In this document: positions 17,807 through 26,654 of the stretch, one piece after another
How the letters are laid out: each line of letters starts with the position of its first letter
How positions within the stretch are numbered: the stretch's first letter is position 1
Source of the DNA: an uncultured archaeon
GTDB taxonomy: Archaea > Asgardarchaeota > Thorarchaeia > Thorarchaeales > Thorarchaeaceae
Reading direction: 5' to 3'
Assembly (NCBI GenBank): GCA_964590575.1
Contig: CAZPWM010000024.1
Location: 1-34,551, forward strand
Length of the DNA: 34,551 nucleotides
The notes under the pieces: model-generated
The model's input: the letters and a program-made list of their open reading frames with translations, nothing else
The model's database searches: none
What the model was told of the DNA's origin: nothing
Program-made: the position numbers and the translations under genes

Positions 17807-18972
17807 AACAATCTACTTAGTGGTGTTGGATTTTCCACAGTTTTGAAGACACCACCAAAGTCGTCAAGGAGAGATTCCTCTTTTGTCCAGACACTAATAC
17901 TTGGTGTCACCAATGATTCCAGAACCGAGATGGCATTCTCTTTTGTATCTAGGATCAATCGGTCTGACTCAATAGCAGCATTGACGCCTGCACGAACAAG
18001 CCATGGCCCGAGACCACCATTGTTATTATTGCGCGCATAATGAAAGATGGTCACATGTGCTGATTCCTTTTGTTTGATCATGCCCTCATAGGCCGAGAAT
18101 CGGGCATGGTCTGCAAAGACTGAAGTTTTCGAATCCAGAGTGATATTCCTAACACCTTCTAGACTAACATCACGTTCAAAGCCTTGCTCTGTTCTTTCGA
18201 TTCGGAAGTAATCCACTCTTGGTTCTCCTGGCTGACAAAAAACGGTGAAGTTCTCCCCATGAATTTCAGATATTCCGATTCCGAAGGTTGATGAAGATTG
18301 TTTATCGGCGAGCTCTATCAAACTTCGACTAATGTAAGCGTCAATAACTGCCTTGTAGGCACCCCTTGTTGGGACAAACCTTCTATTTTGAAGTCTACCT
18401 AGTAGCCCCACAGACATCAATCGAGCAACTTGGTCCAGCGAATAATCATAGTCCAGTAACTTCCAAGCTGCTTCAGATGCAGGGATATCAAGTTCTGTGA
18501 TTCTCTTTGCAACCCTACTTATTTCTGGGTCTGATACGATCTCCAGTGAGCTAATCTTAACTAGGGAACTTGCTGGCAATTGTCCTCCCAATTGATAAAG
18601 CCCCCTTGGGGGTAGGCTGGTCGTTTCGACTTCAATAGCTATAGGGCTGACGGACAAGGCTATTGTCTGCAGCACCTCTACGAACTGAGCGGGTTCCATT
18701 GTACGCGCATCAATTGGAACGGTGAATCTGAATAATTGTCGTCTCATGGACATGATCGCTTCTCTGTCCAGACCCATCCATGATTCAGGATGATCGAAAA
18801 TAGAGAGATACTCAGAAGGTTCAGTTGAGGCCAACACACTTGCCATCATAATCGGATATTTTGCTGCCTCTACAACTATTCCGGGTGGACTGAATGCTGT
18901 TACTTGACGACCTGTCACAGCTTGTCCAAGCTGCATCTGAGTCGTTTGAACATGGTCGAGCGCCATTGCCAT
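17800..18972 (-). CDS. Divergent Nre-family (archaeal DNA repair, NreA-like) protein
   Basis: SPPGIVV...KYP, D.PE.W.G, LMSVGLLG...RRFVPTR and LGPWLVR are colinear with Nre motifs; the N-terminal Cys cluster and canonical PIP box are missing. Confidence 0.75.
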   Translation of the reverse strand: MAMALDHVQTTQMQLGQAVTGRQVTAFSPPGIVVEAAKYPIMMASVLASTEPSEYLSIFDHPESWMGLDREAIMSMRRQLFRFTVPIDARTMEPAQFVEVLQTIALSVSPIAIEVETTSLPPRGLYQLGGQLPASSLVKISSLEIVSDPEISRVAKRITELDIPASEAAWKLLDYDYSLDQVARLMSVGLLGRLQNRRFVPTRGAYKAVIDAYISRSLIELADKQSSSTFGIGISEIHGENFTVFCQPGEPRVDYFRIERTEQGFERDVSLEGVRNITLDSKTSVFADHARFSAYEGMIKQKESAHVTIFHYARNNNNGGLGPWLVRAGVNAAIESDRLILDTKENAISVLESLVTPSISVWTKEESLLDDFGGVFKTVENPTPLSRLLK

Positions 18973-19141
18973 ACCCCTTATTGAAAATAGACCCGTTATG
19001 AGGTAATGCAGGCTTGCTAAGTCAGTTCTTCACTAATTCAGTCCCATTGGATGTATTCTAAGAGAGGGGGGGGAGGTACCCGAAAGTAACTATATCACGA
19101 AAAACATATAGATTCCTACACCATCGGTCTGGTGAAGTGGT

Positions 19142-19597
19142 ATGGTAGATATACAGGATCAACTTGAGGATTATCTAAACCTTCTAGACTTGAAGCATTA
19201 CTGGAATGAAAAAGAGAATGTCTTCGAACTCGTGTTCAGTGAAAGGAAGGATGAACAGTCTGCAAGCGAGTCGGCTGAAGATGATGCATTGACATTCAAA
19301 TACACAATTTTTGTACGCCCAGGAATCAAGTGGGTTCAGATATATACTGATGTTTATCCCTTAAGCAAGATTCCTGATGAGCAGAAACCTACAGTTTTTC
19401 TGGACCTTCTTAGCTCCAACAGGAAATACGCGGAAGTCTGTTTTGACTTGGATAAAGCTCGAGAGTTCATTGGCACTTCTCAAGAGATGATGGTTCAAGG
19501 ATTGACTTTTGATGTTTTTAGAGAGGAATTCTTAGCTGTACCTTGGGCTGTAAAGAAATTCTGGACAGAGATCGCCAAGAAGCATAATCTGGAATAA
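19142..19597 (+). CDS. YbjN / type III secretion chaperone-like fold protein
   Basis: 151 aa acidic alpha-beta3-alpha-beta2-alpha pattern with LLSSN helix end; GGTGA SD. Fold call made by pattern only. Confidence 0.6.
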   Translation: MVDIQDQLEDYLNLLDLKHYWNEKENVFELVFSERKDEQSASESAEDDALTFKYTIFVRPGIKWVQIYTDVYPLSKIPDEQKPTVFLDLLSSNRKYAEVCFDLDKAREFIGTSQEMMVQGLTFDVFREEFLAVPWAVKKFWTEIAKKHNLE

Positions 19598-19648
19598 TAC
19601 TTGTGTGCCGCAATTTTAAAATACAGGGTTTGAGGGATTTGGTTGTGA

Positions 19649-20851
19649 TTAGGCAATAGATTTCCGAACTTCACACACCAATTCGTCGAACAATTTCATC
19701 GGATCCTCGATATCTACAAACCCTCCTGTGAAGACCTCTCCTTTCCCTCCTCCTCTCCCTCCAAGACTTAACACTATTTTTGAAACATAGTGAGAGGCTT
19801 CTTGTGGCATCTCATTGACACGCAGAACGACTTGTGATTTCTTCCCTGGTGCAAATAGAAGAATTACTGCTGGTCCTGTAGCTATCAACTGATTTACCAA
19901 TATTCTAAGAGAACTCGCATCATATCCTGGTAGATATTCATACATAAATCGGACTTCTGCAATTTGCTCTAATGCGGGACCATTTGACAGTAACTGAGTG
20001 GTCTTCTGTATCAACTTCTGTTTATCGTCAACAGCTAGTTTTGCTCTATCTAAAACTGCATCTAATTGCTCCATCTCAAAAGGATATGAGTACTTTTTTC
20101 GAAGTACCACATTGTAGATCTTGGAAACCAGACTTCCCGCTTTCGTTCCTGTTACGAATTCAATGTGTGTACTTCTCTCACTCGTTTTTACATCTAATAC
20201 TTTGAAGAATCCAATATTCCCTGTTCTAGTCACATGAATGCCAGAACAAGCAGAACTATCTAATTCGCCCACTCGTACAATTCTAAGTTGAGCGTGTTTT
20301 TCTGTGAGGCCTTCGCGGCTCCTAACAGATGAATCGATACTGCTTGAATCTACATACTCACTCTTTACAGGTATGTCTTGTTCGATAATTTTCATGACTT
20401 CATGCTCTACTTCAAAAATCGTGTCAAGATCCAATGCAGCGCCTAAGATTTCGACAGTACCATGTTCTCCATCGATCCAAAGGTTTCCAACAGAGATGTC
20501 TTCATATCGGTTTTTAATGATGGACACAAAGAGATGTTCTGCTGTGTGGTTCTTCATCATTGATGAACGCCAGTTCATGTCGATCTCCAGATATCCTCTC
20601 ACTCCTTCAGTCAAAGCCTCGTTAGTGATTAAAACAATATTATTTGAATCACTAATTGTGTCCAGAATCGTTACGCTTTTGTTCCCATCATTAATTCGAC
20701 CCCTCTCCCCTGCTTGTCCTCCGCCTGCTGGTCGAATGACATTCTCCTTGATTACAATATGATAGCAATCATTGTGTTTCTTTACTGATTCTATCAACAC
20801 CTCGAACTTGTCAATTCCAGGGTCTCTCCAATATTGAGGCAATTCGTTCAT
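19649..20851 (-). CDS. alaX: Alanyl-tRNA editing protein AlaX (long form with C-Ala/DHHA1 domain)
   Basis: PAGGGQ, HTAEH (HxxxH) and CSGIH (CxxxH) zinc motifs, C-terminal GGRGGG. Confidence 0.92.
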   Translation of the reverse strand: MNELPQYWRDPGIDKFEVLIESVKKHNDCYHIVIKENVIRPAGGGQAGERGRINDGNKSVTILDTISDSNNIVLITNEALTEGVRGYLEIDMNWRSSMMKNHTAEHLFVSIIKNRYEDISVGNLWIDGEHGTVEILGAALDLDTIFEVEHEVMKIIEQDIPVKSEYVDSSSIDSSVRSREGLTEKHAQLRIVRVGELDSSACSGIHVTRTGNIGFFKVLDVKTSERSTHIEFVTGTKAGSLVSKIYNVVLRKKYSYPFEMEQLDAVLDRAKLAVDDKQKLIQKTTQLLSNGPALEQIAEVRFMYEYLPGYDASSLRILVNQLIATGPAVILLFAPGKKSQVVLRVNEMPQEASHYVSKIVLSLGGRGGGKGEVFTGGFVDIEDPMKLFDELVCEVRKSIA

Positions 20852-21019
20852 GGATTCTCACCATTGCAGTAGATTGACAATTGTGGATACGGATTTGGTT
20901 TCAAAACTTTTCCTCTCACCAAATTAGTCAACGATGAACTGTTACTGTCAGCCGAAACCGATATAGCCGGTGCTGATTGACCAAGTGGTGTTCAGAATTG
21001 CAATCCGAGGTACCAATCT

Positions 21020-22270
21020 ATGTTCAAGTTTCTGAAATCTGATCCAGTTAAGGCTGCCAAGAAATACATTGAGAAAGCACTCATTGAGATTGAGGAAGGG
21101 TATCCAGAATATGCAAGCGTGGAATATGAGAAAGCCGCCCGCAAATTTTTAGAAGTTGAACAAACAGATTTTGCTGTCAAATATTTTCGAGAAGCCGCAT
21201 ACTGTGCGTTGGAAAACAATGACCACTTTAGATGCTCTGAAATGAAGATAGCTGCTGCAGAATGTCTCCTCCAAGAAGGTCGATATGATGAAGCTGGAGG
21301 TCTCTTTTCAGAATCCTCTGATCACCTTCATCGAGAAAAGAAGGTGAAGGAATCTAATCGTTCCTTGGGAATTGCTATTGCTGGTTACCTTGCGGCGAGA
21401 AACTTCAACACAGCTACAAATCTGATGCGAAAAGCTGAGAAGCGCCTAAAGGAAACCTCTTCAAAGAAGGATTCTCTCTACTTACTAGCTGAATTATGCG
21501 TGAAGATACTATGTGAGGGCATTGATGTTCCATCTGAGGAATTTGAGAAAGCTGCTAAGAGCGCAAAACCAAATGAAACTGAACAACCACTTATTGACTT
21601 TCTGATAACTTCAACAAGACTGGCTATCAAAACTGAAATCATTCTAGACTGGGCGGGAGCGCCTCAAGAGGAGGTCAATGTTAAAGAACCTGTTGAGATT
21701 GAATTAAGGTACAAATGCCCCACTGAAGTTCAGATTATTGATCATAGACTTTCTCTTTCAAACAGTGTCATCATGACGAAGGAACCAGAATATACTCAGA
21801 ATCCTGCTAAGGAAGAATCATGGCTGCTTGAATTTAAACCAGTCCTGAGTGGTTCAGGTAGTATTGGCCCCCTCACAGTCACTCTTGAAGGTGACAGAGT
21901 ATTAGTCAATAAGCACAGTAACACTTTGGAATTCACGATTGCCAGAGCTCCATCCAGTATAGCCTTGGAAGTGAAGCCCGAACGAGTCTCTTGCAATCTC
22001 GGAGAGGAAGCTGTGTTGCAGGTAACTATTCTAAACGAGGGTGATGGACCAGCTGAGAATATCGAGGTAAAAGTCGAACTCTCTGATGGTCTCGAGATGT
22101 CGCTTGGCATCGAAGAGAAACTGATTAATTTCTTGGGTAGTGGGGAGAATATACGTTTCCAAGCATTTGTGAGGGCTGTTGGTCAAGGCGAGGAACTGGT
22201 CACCATCAAAGTGATAGATGGACGTTCAGGTCAGGAAGTTGTGAAAACGTCGATGGTTAGAATAGGTTAG
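21020..22270 (+). CDS. SNAP/TPR-like alpha-solenoid fused to two Ig-like (CARDB/DUF11-type) domains
   Basis: Residues 1-200 are Ala-rich helical repeats (ASVEYEKAARKF, AVKYFREAAYC, AGGLFSESS). Residues 205-416 have alternating beta patterns including VTILNEGDGPAENIEVKVELSDGL. Confidence 0.8.
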   Translation: MFKFLKSDPVKAAKKYIEKALIEIEEGYPEYASVEYEKAARKFLEVEQTDFAVKYFREAAYCALENNDHFRCSEMKIAAAECLLQEGRYDEAGGLFSESSDHLHREKKVKESNRSLGIAIAGYLAARNFNTATNLMRKAEKRLKETSSKKDSLYLLAELCVKILCEGIDVPSEEFEKAAKSAKPNETEQPLIDFLITSTRLAIKTEIILDWAGAPQEEVNVKEPVEIELRYKCPTEVQIIDHRLSLSNSVIMTKEPEYTQNPAKEESWLLEFKPVLSGSGSIGPLTVTLEGDRVLVNKHSNTLEFTIARAPSSIALEVKPERVSCNLGEEAVLQVTILNEGDGPAENIEVKVELSDGLEMSLGIEEKLINFLGSGENIRFQAFVRAVGQGEELVTIKVIDGRSGQEVVKTSMVRIG

Positions 22271-22272
22271 TC

Positions 22273-23010
22273 CTACTTCTTCCTTCTCTTTTTCTTCTCA
22301 ATCTCCAATCGGATGCTAAGGCAGGCTCCCATAACCTGCTCGATGGTTTCCTCTTCTTTAAATGCTTGAAGCATGTCATCTGCATCGTCAAGATTATTTT
22401 GAACAAGAGCCTCACTGAATGAGAGAAGGGTCTGAAGCCAATCCCATCTTGTTTTTGGAATAATCTTCTTTGCCTTCTCTATCCTCTCTTTGGCTTTGTC
22501 CATCTTTTCAATCGTGGCAAATCCCATTGCAGCGAGTGATAAGTTGATCACAGCTCTTTCGGCATTACCATCGTTGATTGCTTTGTCTGCAGCTTTGTCA
22601 TAGAGATTTCCCATATTTTCAGCTGCAGTGAGAAAATATTCTCGATTCCCTGTTTTATGGCAAGAGTATGCTGCCCAAAGATAGGCTTGGGCTGCTGTTT
22701 CTGTCATCCTCTCCAAAAGAGCCTCCTTGGCTGCGTTTTCATAGAGTGTCATCGCAGTGGAAAAGTCACTAACTTGTCGGTATTGTGTAGCTGCTTCGAG
22801 ATATGCAGTTGCCGCAGATTTATGATCGTCTTGCTCAACCCGATCCTCCGCATACATATGATAATACTCAGCGGCTTTCTTGGTCATCTCGAGCACTCTT
22901 TCAAGAAAACAGCTTGCTGCATTTTTGAACTGGTTCGCAGCTTGATAGTATTTATCTCTCTCAAGAAACTCATTGGCTAATCTTTCCCATTGAGCACATT
23001 CATTTTCCAT
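22273..23010 (-). CDS. Alpha-SNAP-like TPR protein
   Basis: 245 aa, all helical; repeats AANQFKNAA, AAEYY, AATAYLEAATQY, AMTLYENAA, AAQAYLWAA; basic C-terminus KKKRRKK. Confidence 0.75.
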   Translation of the reverse strand: MENECAQWERLANEFLERDKYYQAANQFKNAASCFLERVLEMTKKAAEYYHMYAEDRVEQDDHKSAATAYLEAATQYRQVSDFSTAMTLYENAAKEALLERMTETAAQAYLWAAYSCHKTGNREYFLTAAENMGNLYDKAADKAINDGNAERAVINLSLAAMGFATIEKMDKAKERIEKAKKIIPKTRWDWLQTLLSFSEALVQNNLDDADDMLQAFKEEETIEQVMGACLSIRLEIEKKKRRKK

Positions 23011-23370
23011 GGTATCTCGACCTACCCATATTTAGTCCAGACAAAGCCAACTCTGAACCCGAACTGGTTGTGTCTAGAGTGATTGTGCTCTACAAAAATG
23101 TAGCTCTGATGTAGAAACCCCGATTTATCGACGCAGTTTCAAAAAACCACACTGATTAAGAGAGCCATCATTGATTTCGCTCATTCTATTTCTCAATTTT
23201 TTCCTTACACCATACAGCTTATCAATTACAATGATAATTTTACTTACATGTAATTTAAATACAAGTTACACACATAATTCTTGTTGAGCTACGTTAGTTT
23301 CGTGAGAAGGGAGCTGTGTAAGAGAACTGGCCCTGCTGACTAGAACCGAATTCTCGACATGGAACCGAAC

Positions 23371-23394
23371 GTCGGGAACCATGGAGTTCCCGAC
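23371..23394 (-). terminator. Stem-loop 3' of the HMG-CoA reductase gene
   Basis: GTCGGGAAC-CATGGA-GTTCCCGAC, perfect 9-bp stem 13 nt past the stop; no adjacent T-tract. Confidence 0.5.
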
Positions 23395-23407
23395 ACCTTA
23401 TACTTCT

Positions 23408-24670
23408 TCATTTTACGAGTTCGTCAAGGAGCTCCTTTGCTCTTTCAACTTTGACATTCTTTTCATTAACCAGCTTTTCAGCTATGATATCCACTTGGTC
23501 TCCACGTGCCCCTGCAGTAGCCGCAACATTTCGGGCGTGAAGTGCCATGTGTCCTTTTTGAATTCCTTCCGATGCTAATGCCCGAAGAGCTGCTAGATTC
23601 TGCGCGAGACCAACACTTGCAATGACATGGCCTAGCTCAGTTGCAGTCTTGACACCAAGGATCTTCACACTAGCTCTAGCTGCTGGATGCACCTTTGTTG
23701 CTCCGCCAACTAGTCCCACTGCCATAGGTATCTCAATGCTACCAATAAGATGACCCTCTGGGGATTTTTCGTACTTTGTCAGTGAGCTGTAGCCATTCAT
23801 CGCGGCGTAGCTATGTGCTCCTGCTTCGATTGCTCTGAAGTCATTTCCAGTGGCAATGACAACTGAATCGATCCCATTCATGATTCCTTTATTATGAGTA
23901 GCACATCGATACGGGTCTGCTTCTGCAAAAGCCCAAGCTGCAACAATATCATTGACGACTTCCTCACCACCGAGCATATCTCTATCAAAGGTTGCACGAA
24001 CACGGACCAGTCTGAATTCAGCCAGGTTTGACAGGATTCGCAGTATAACCCGTCCACCAGTGATTTTTTCAATTCTTGGTGCAAGAGCCTCCGCCATTGT
24101 GTTCACTGCATTAGCTCCCATGGCGTCCCGAGTGTCAACAATGATTTCAGCGACTAACATGACGCCAACCTTGGAATCAAAGATTCTCACCCTGAGGTCT
24201 TTAGCCCCTCCCCCGAATCGGACAAGTATTGGGTCTTGCTCATTGGCAAATGCGAGCAGTTCATCCTTGCATTCCATTATTCTTGACTTTGCCTTTTCAG
24301 GAGCGAGAACATCAACAACTTGAATCTGTGCAATCATGTTTGGTCCTGTATCTGTGGCCGTGAAGCCCCCATGTTCTCTCGCCATTCGAGCAGCGTTACT
24401 GGCTGCTGCAACAACTGACGGTTCTTCAATGGCCATTGGAACAAGGTAATCTTTGTCATTGACCAGAAAATTCGTGGCGATTCCAAGTGGAAGGGTCATC
24501 GATCCAACAACATTCTCAATCATATGATCGAGTATTCCCATATCTACTTCCCCCGGGTTCACCAGCGGTCCAAGGTCCTCATCACCTAGTCCAGTAACTT
24601 CTTTCAGTTTCTTAACGCGGTCTTCTCTGGAAAGTTTGTAAAAGCCTGAAATCCTCGAATCCTCAACCAT
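23408..24670 (-). CDS. mvaA: HMG-CoA reductase, class II (bacterial type)
   Basis: SRISGFYKL, MIENVVG, EEPSVVAAAS, DAMGAN, THNKGIMNG, GIQKGHMALHARN. Start placed at the ATG at 24670 (GAGGT SD 7 nt upstream); the ORF track start at 24703 is an alternative. Confidence 0.96.
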   Translation of the reverse strand: MVEDSRISGFYKLSREDRVKKLKEVTGLGDEDLGPLVNPGEVDMGILDHMIENVVGSMTLPLGIATNFLVNDKDYLVPMAIEEPSVVAAASNAARMAREHGGFTATDTGPNMIAQIQVVDVLAPEKAKSRIMECKDELLAFANEQDPILVRFGGGAKDLRVRIFDSKVGVMLVAEIIVDTRDAMGANAVNTMAEALAPRIEKITGGRVILRILSNLAEFRLVRVRATFDRDMLGGEEVVNDIVAAWAFAEADPYRCATHNKGIMNGIDSVVIATGNDFRAIEAGAHSYAAMNGYSSLTKYEKSPEGHLIGSIEIPMAVGLVGGATKVHPAARASVKILGVKTATELGHVIASVGLAQNLAALRALASEGIQKGHMALHARNVAATAGARGDQVDIIAEKLVNEKNVKVERAKELLDELVK

Positions 24671-24766
24671 CTTAGAGACCTCACTAGTGTGAATACCTCT
24701 CATCTAAGATAACATAAAAGTTCGACCATAGGGTTTAAGACTCAAACAACCGAGGGTGCTGAGTAG

Positions 24767-26293
24767 TTGAGCACAATGAATTCAGAGCGAGATTTCAGTG
24801 ACATCATTACAAGCCTAGCGAAGAAACGCGGGTTCTTTTGGGGGCCGTCACCAGAAATTTACGGAGGCATCTCTGGATTCTATGACTTGGGACCTCTAGG
24901 CAAATTACTCAAGAACAGACTTGAGAATCAGATACGTTCAGCTTTCGTGCGTGCCAATTTCTGGGAGGTCGAATGTCCCACGGTCAGTCCTGCTGAGGTC
25001 TGGAAAGCATCAGGTCATCTTGATGGTTTCATTGACCCGGTGACTCAATGCACAAAGTGTGGTCAAGTCTACCGAGCTGACAACCTGATTGAAGAGAAAG
25101 CACCGGACATTAACATCGCTGGTCAGTCCGTAGAACAGCTAAGTGAAACAATCACTAAGGTTGGAATCGTCTGTCCTTCCTGCAAGGGAACTCTTGGACC
25201 TGTTGAAACATACAACCTTATGATGCAAACTCGTCTGGGTTTGGATCAAGATGCCTATCTGAGACCTGAGACAGCAACAACAACCTATCTCTTGTTCAAA
25301 CGTTTTCTCACCTTCTTCAGGGACAAGCTCCCTATGTCGGTCTTTCAGATTGGAAAAGCTTACAGGAATGAGATATCTCCTCGCCAAGGTATGCTTCGAC
25401 TGAGAGAGTTCACACAGACTGAGGGTCAGATTTTTCTTCTTGAAAAAGACGAGTTGGAATGGCCGCAGTTTGAAGACATCAAAAATGAGAAACTCCCTCT
25501 AGTCACATATCAAGCTCAGGGGAAAGACAAGCTCGATCCAGTCATGACAAGGATGTCTGAGGCAATAAAGAAAGGATATTTTCAGAAACCCGCTTATGCT
25601 TGGTGCGTTCATTTAGCCTATACTATCTTCTGCAAGATGGGTTTCTCCGAGAAGAAGATACGTCTGCGGCAACATCTCCCCACTGAGAGGGCACACTACG
25701 CAGCAGATGCATGGGATGTTGAGATCCATACAGACAGCTTTGGTTGGGTTGAGTGTTGCGGTGTACATGATCGAGGGAACTATGACCTAACACGTCACCA
25801 AGAGTTCTCGAAGGAGAATCTCCATGTCAAGGTGGACAAGAAACCCGTTGTACCCGAGGTATTGGAGATCGCATTTGGAATTGAGAGACCATTATTCTGT
25901 CTCATCGATAATTCATTCCAACCTGAGAGTGAAGAACGTGACACAGATTGGCTAAGGTTTCCCCCAGAGGTGGCTCCGATTCAGGTTGCAGTTTTCCCTC
26001 TAATGGGAAAACCTGAACTTCTTGGACCAGCTACAGAGATATTCAACCAAATCATGGATGCTGGATTTGTTTCTCAGTTTGATACTGGTGGTTCAATTGG
26101 TAAGAGGTACAGACGTCAGGATGAGGTCGGTACTCCTTTCTGTGTCACTGTTGACTACACCACAATTGAAGATGGTACTGTTACTGTGAGGGAGCGCGAT
26201 TCGATGGATCAGGTCCGGATTCACAAGGAAAATCTTGTTGAAGGCTTGAAAAATCTTATTCGAGGGACTATTCAGTTCAGCTCCTTTAAGTAG
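24767..26293 (+). CDS. glyS: Glycyl-tRNA synthetase (alpha2, archaeal/eukaryotic type)
   Basis: KKRGFF...EIYGG, YLRPETA, QIGKAYRNEISPRQGMLRLREFTQTE, AHYA, EIAFGIER, SIGKRYRRQDEVGTPFCVTVD. Start is the TTG at 24767 or the ATG at 24776. Confidence 0.97.
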   Translation: MSTMNSERDFSDIITSLAKKRGFFWGPSPEIYGGISGFYDLGPLGKLLKNRLENQIRSAFVRANFWEVECPTVSPAEVWKASGHLDGFIDPVTQCTKCGQVYRADNLIEEKAPDINIAGQSVEQLSETITKVGIVCPSCKGTLGPVETYNLMMQTRLGLDQDAYLRPETATTTYLLFKRFLTFFRDKLPMSVFQIGKAYRNEISPRQGMLRLREFTQTEGQIFLLEKDELEWPQFEDIKNEKLPLVTYQAQGKDKLDPVMTRMSEAIKKGYFQKPAYAWCVHLAYTIFCKMGFSEKKIRLRQHLPTERAHYAADAWDVEIHTDSFGWVECCGVHDRGNYDLTRHQEFSKENLHVKVDKKPVVPEVLEIAFGIERPLFCLIDNSFQPESEERDTDWLRFPPEVAPIQVAVFPLMGKPELLGPATEIFNQIMDAGFVSQFDTGGSIGKRYRRQDEVGTPFCVTVDYTTIEDGTVTVRERDSMDQVRIHKENLVEGLKNLIRGTIQFSSFK

Positions 26294-26294
26294 T

Positions 26295-26654
26295 TCAGAA
26301 GATGATTTCTTTACTCATCTTTACCTTACCATTCTGAATGGGAACTCCTTCATCCTCGCAATGCTTACATCTTCCTGCCGCTCTTTGCCTGTCTCCACCA
26401 AAACTACCATCTTCTTTTACTACTCGATGACAAGCAACGACAGGAAAAAGTGGGTTCTTGTGTAATGAATTTGCTACAGCTCTGAAGGCCTTTGGATTCC
26501 CAATCATCTTGGCGATTCTACCATATGTGCTGACCTTCCCCTTGGGAATCTTGAAAGTGGCTACATAGACCTTAGCATCAAACTCTGTATAACCAGGTAT
26601 CTCTAAGGTCTCTCTCTTTACATCTGATTCCGTCTTGATTTTGCTAAGAGTCAT
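26295..26654 (-). CDS. ogt: MGMT-family O6-alkylguanine-DNA alkyltransferase, C-terminal domain only
   Basis: IPKGKVSTYGRIA...RAVANSL..NP...ACHRVV; the active-site Cys is retained (ACHR instead of PCHR). Confidence 0.88.
   Translation of the reverse strand: MTLSKIKTESDVKRETLEIPGYTEFDAKVYVATFKIPKGKVSTYGRIAKMIGNPKAFRAVANSLHKNPLFPVVACHRVVKEDGSFGGDRQRAAGRCKHCEDEGVPIQNGKVKMSKEIIF

Noticed and set aside
19066-19073. G8 homopolymer in an intergenic region as a phase-variation or G-quadruplex site
   Set aside because: It is a single run without four G-tracts, lies outside coding sequence, and has no other support.
20931-20976. Possible C/D box sRNA (ACGATGA...CCGA...CTGA)
   Set aside because: Box C is mismatched, there is no convincing C' box or recognisable rRNA-complementary guide, and the region is a divergent promoter.
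26295-26654. Alkyltransferase-like (ATL) inactive protein
   Set aside because: The catalytic Cys is present (ACHRVV); only the preceding Pro differs, so it is called MGMT-family.
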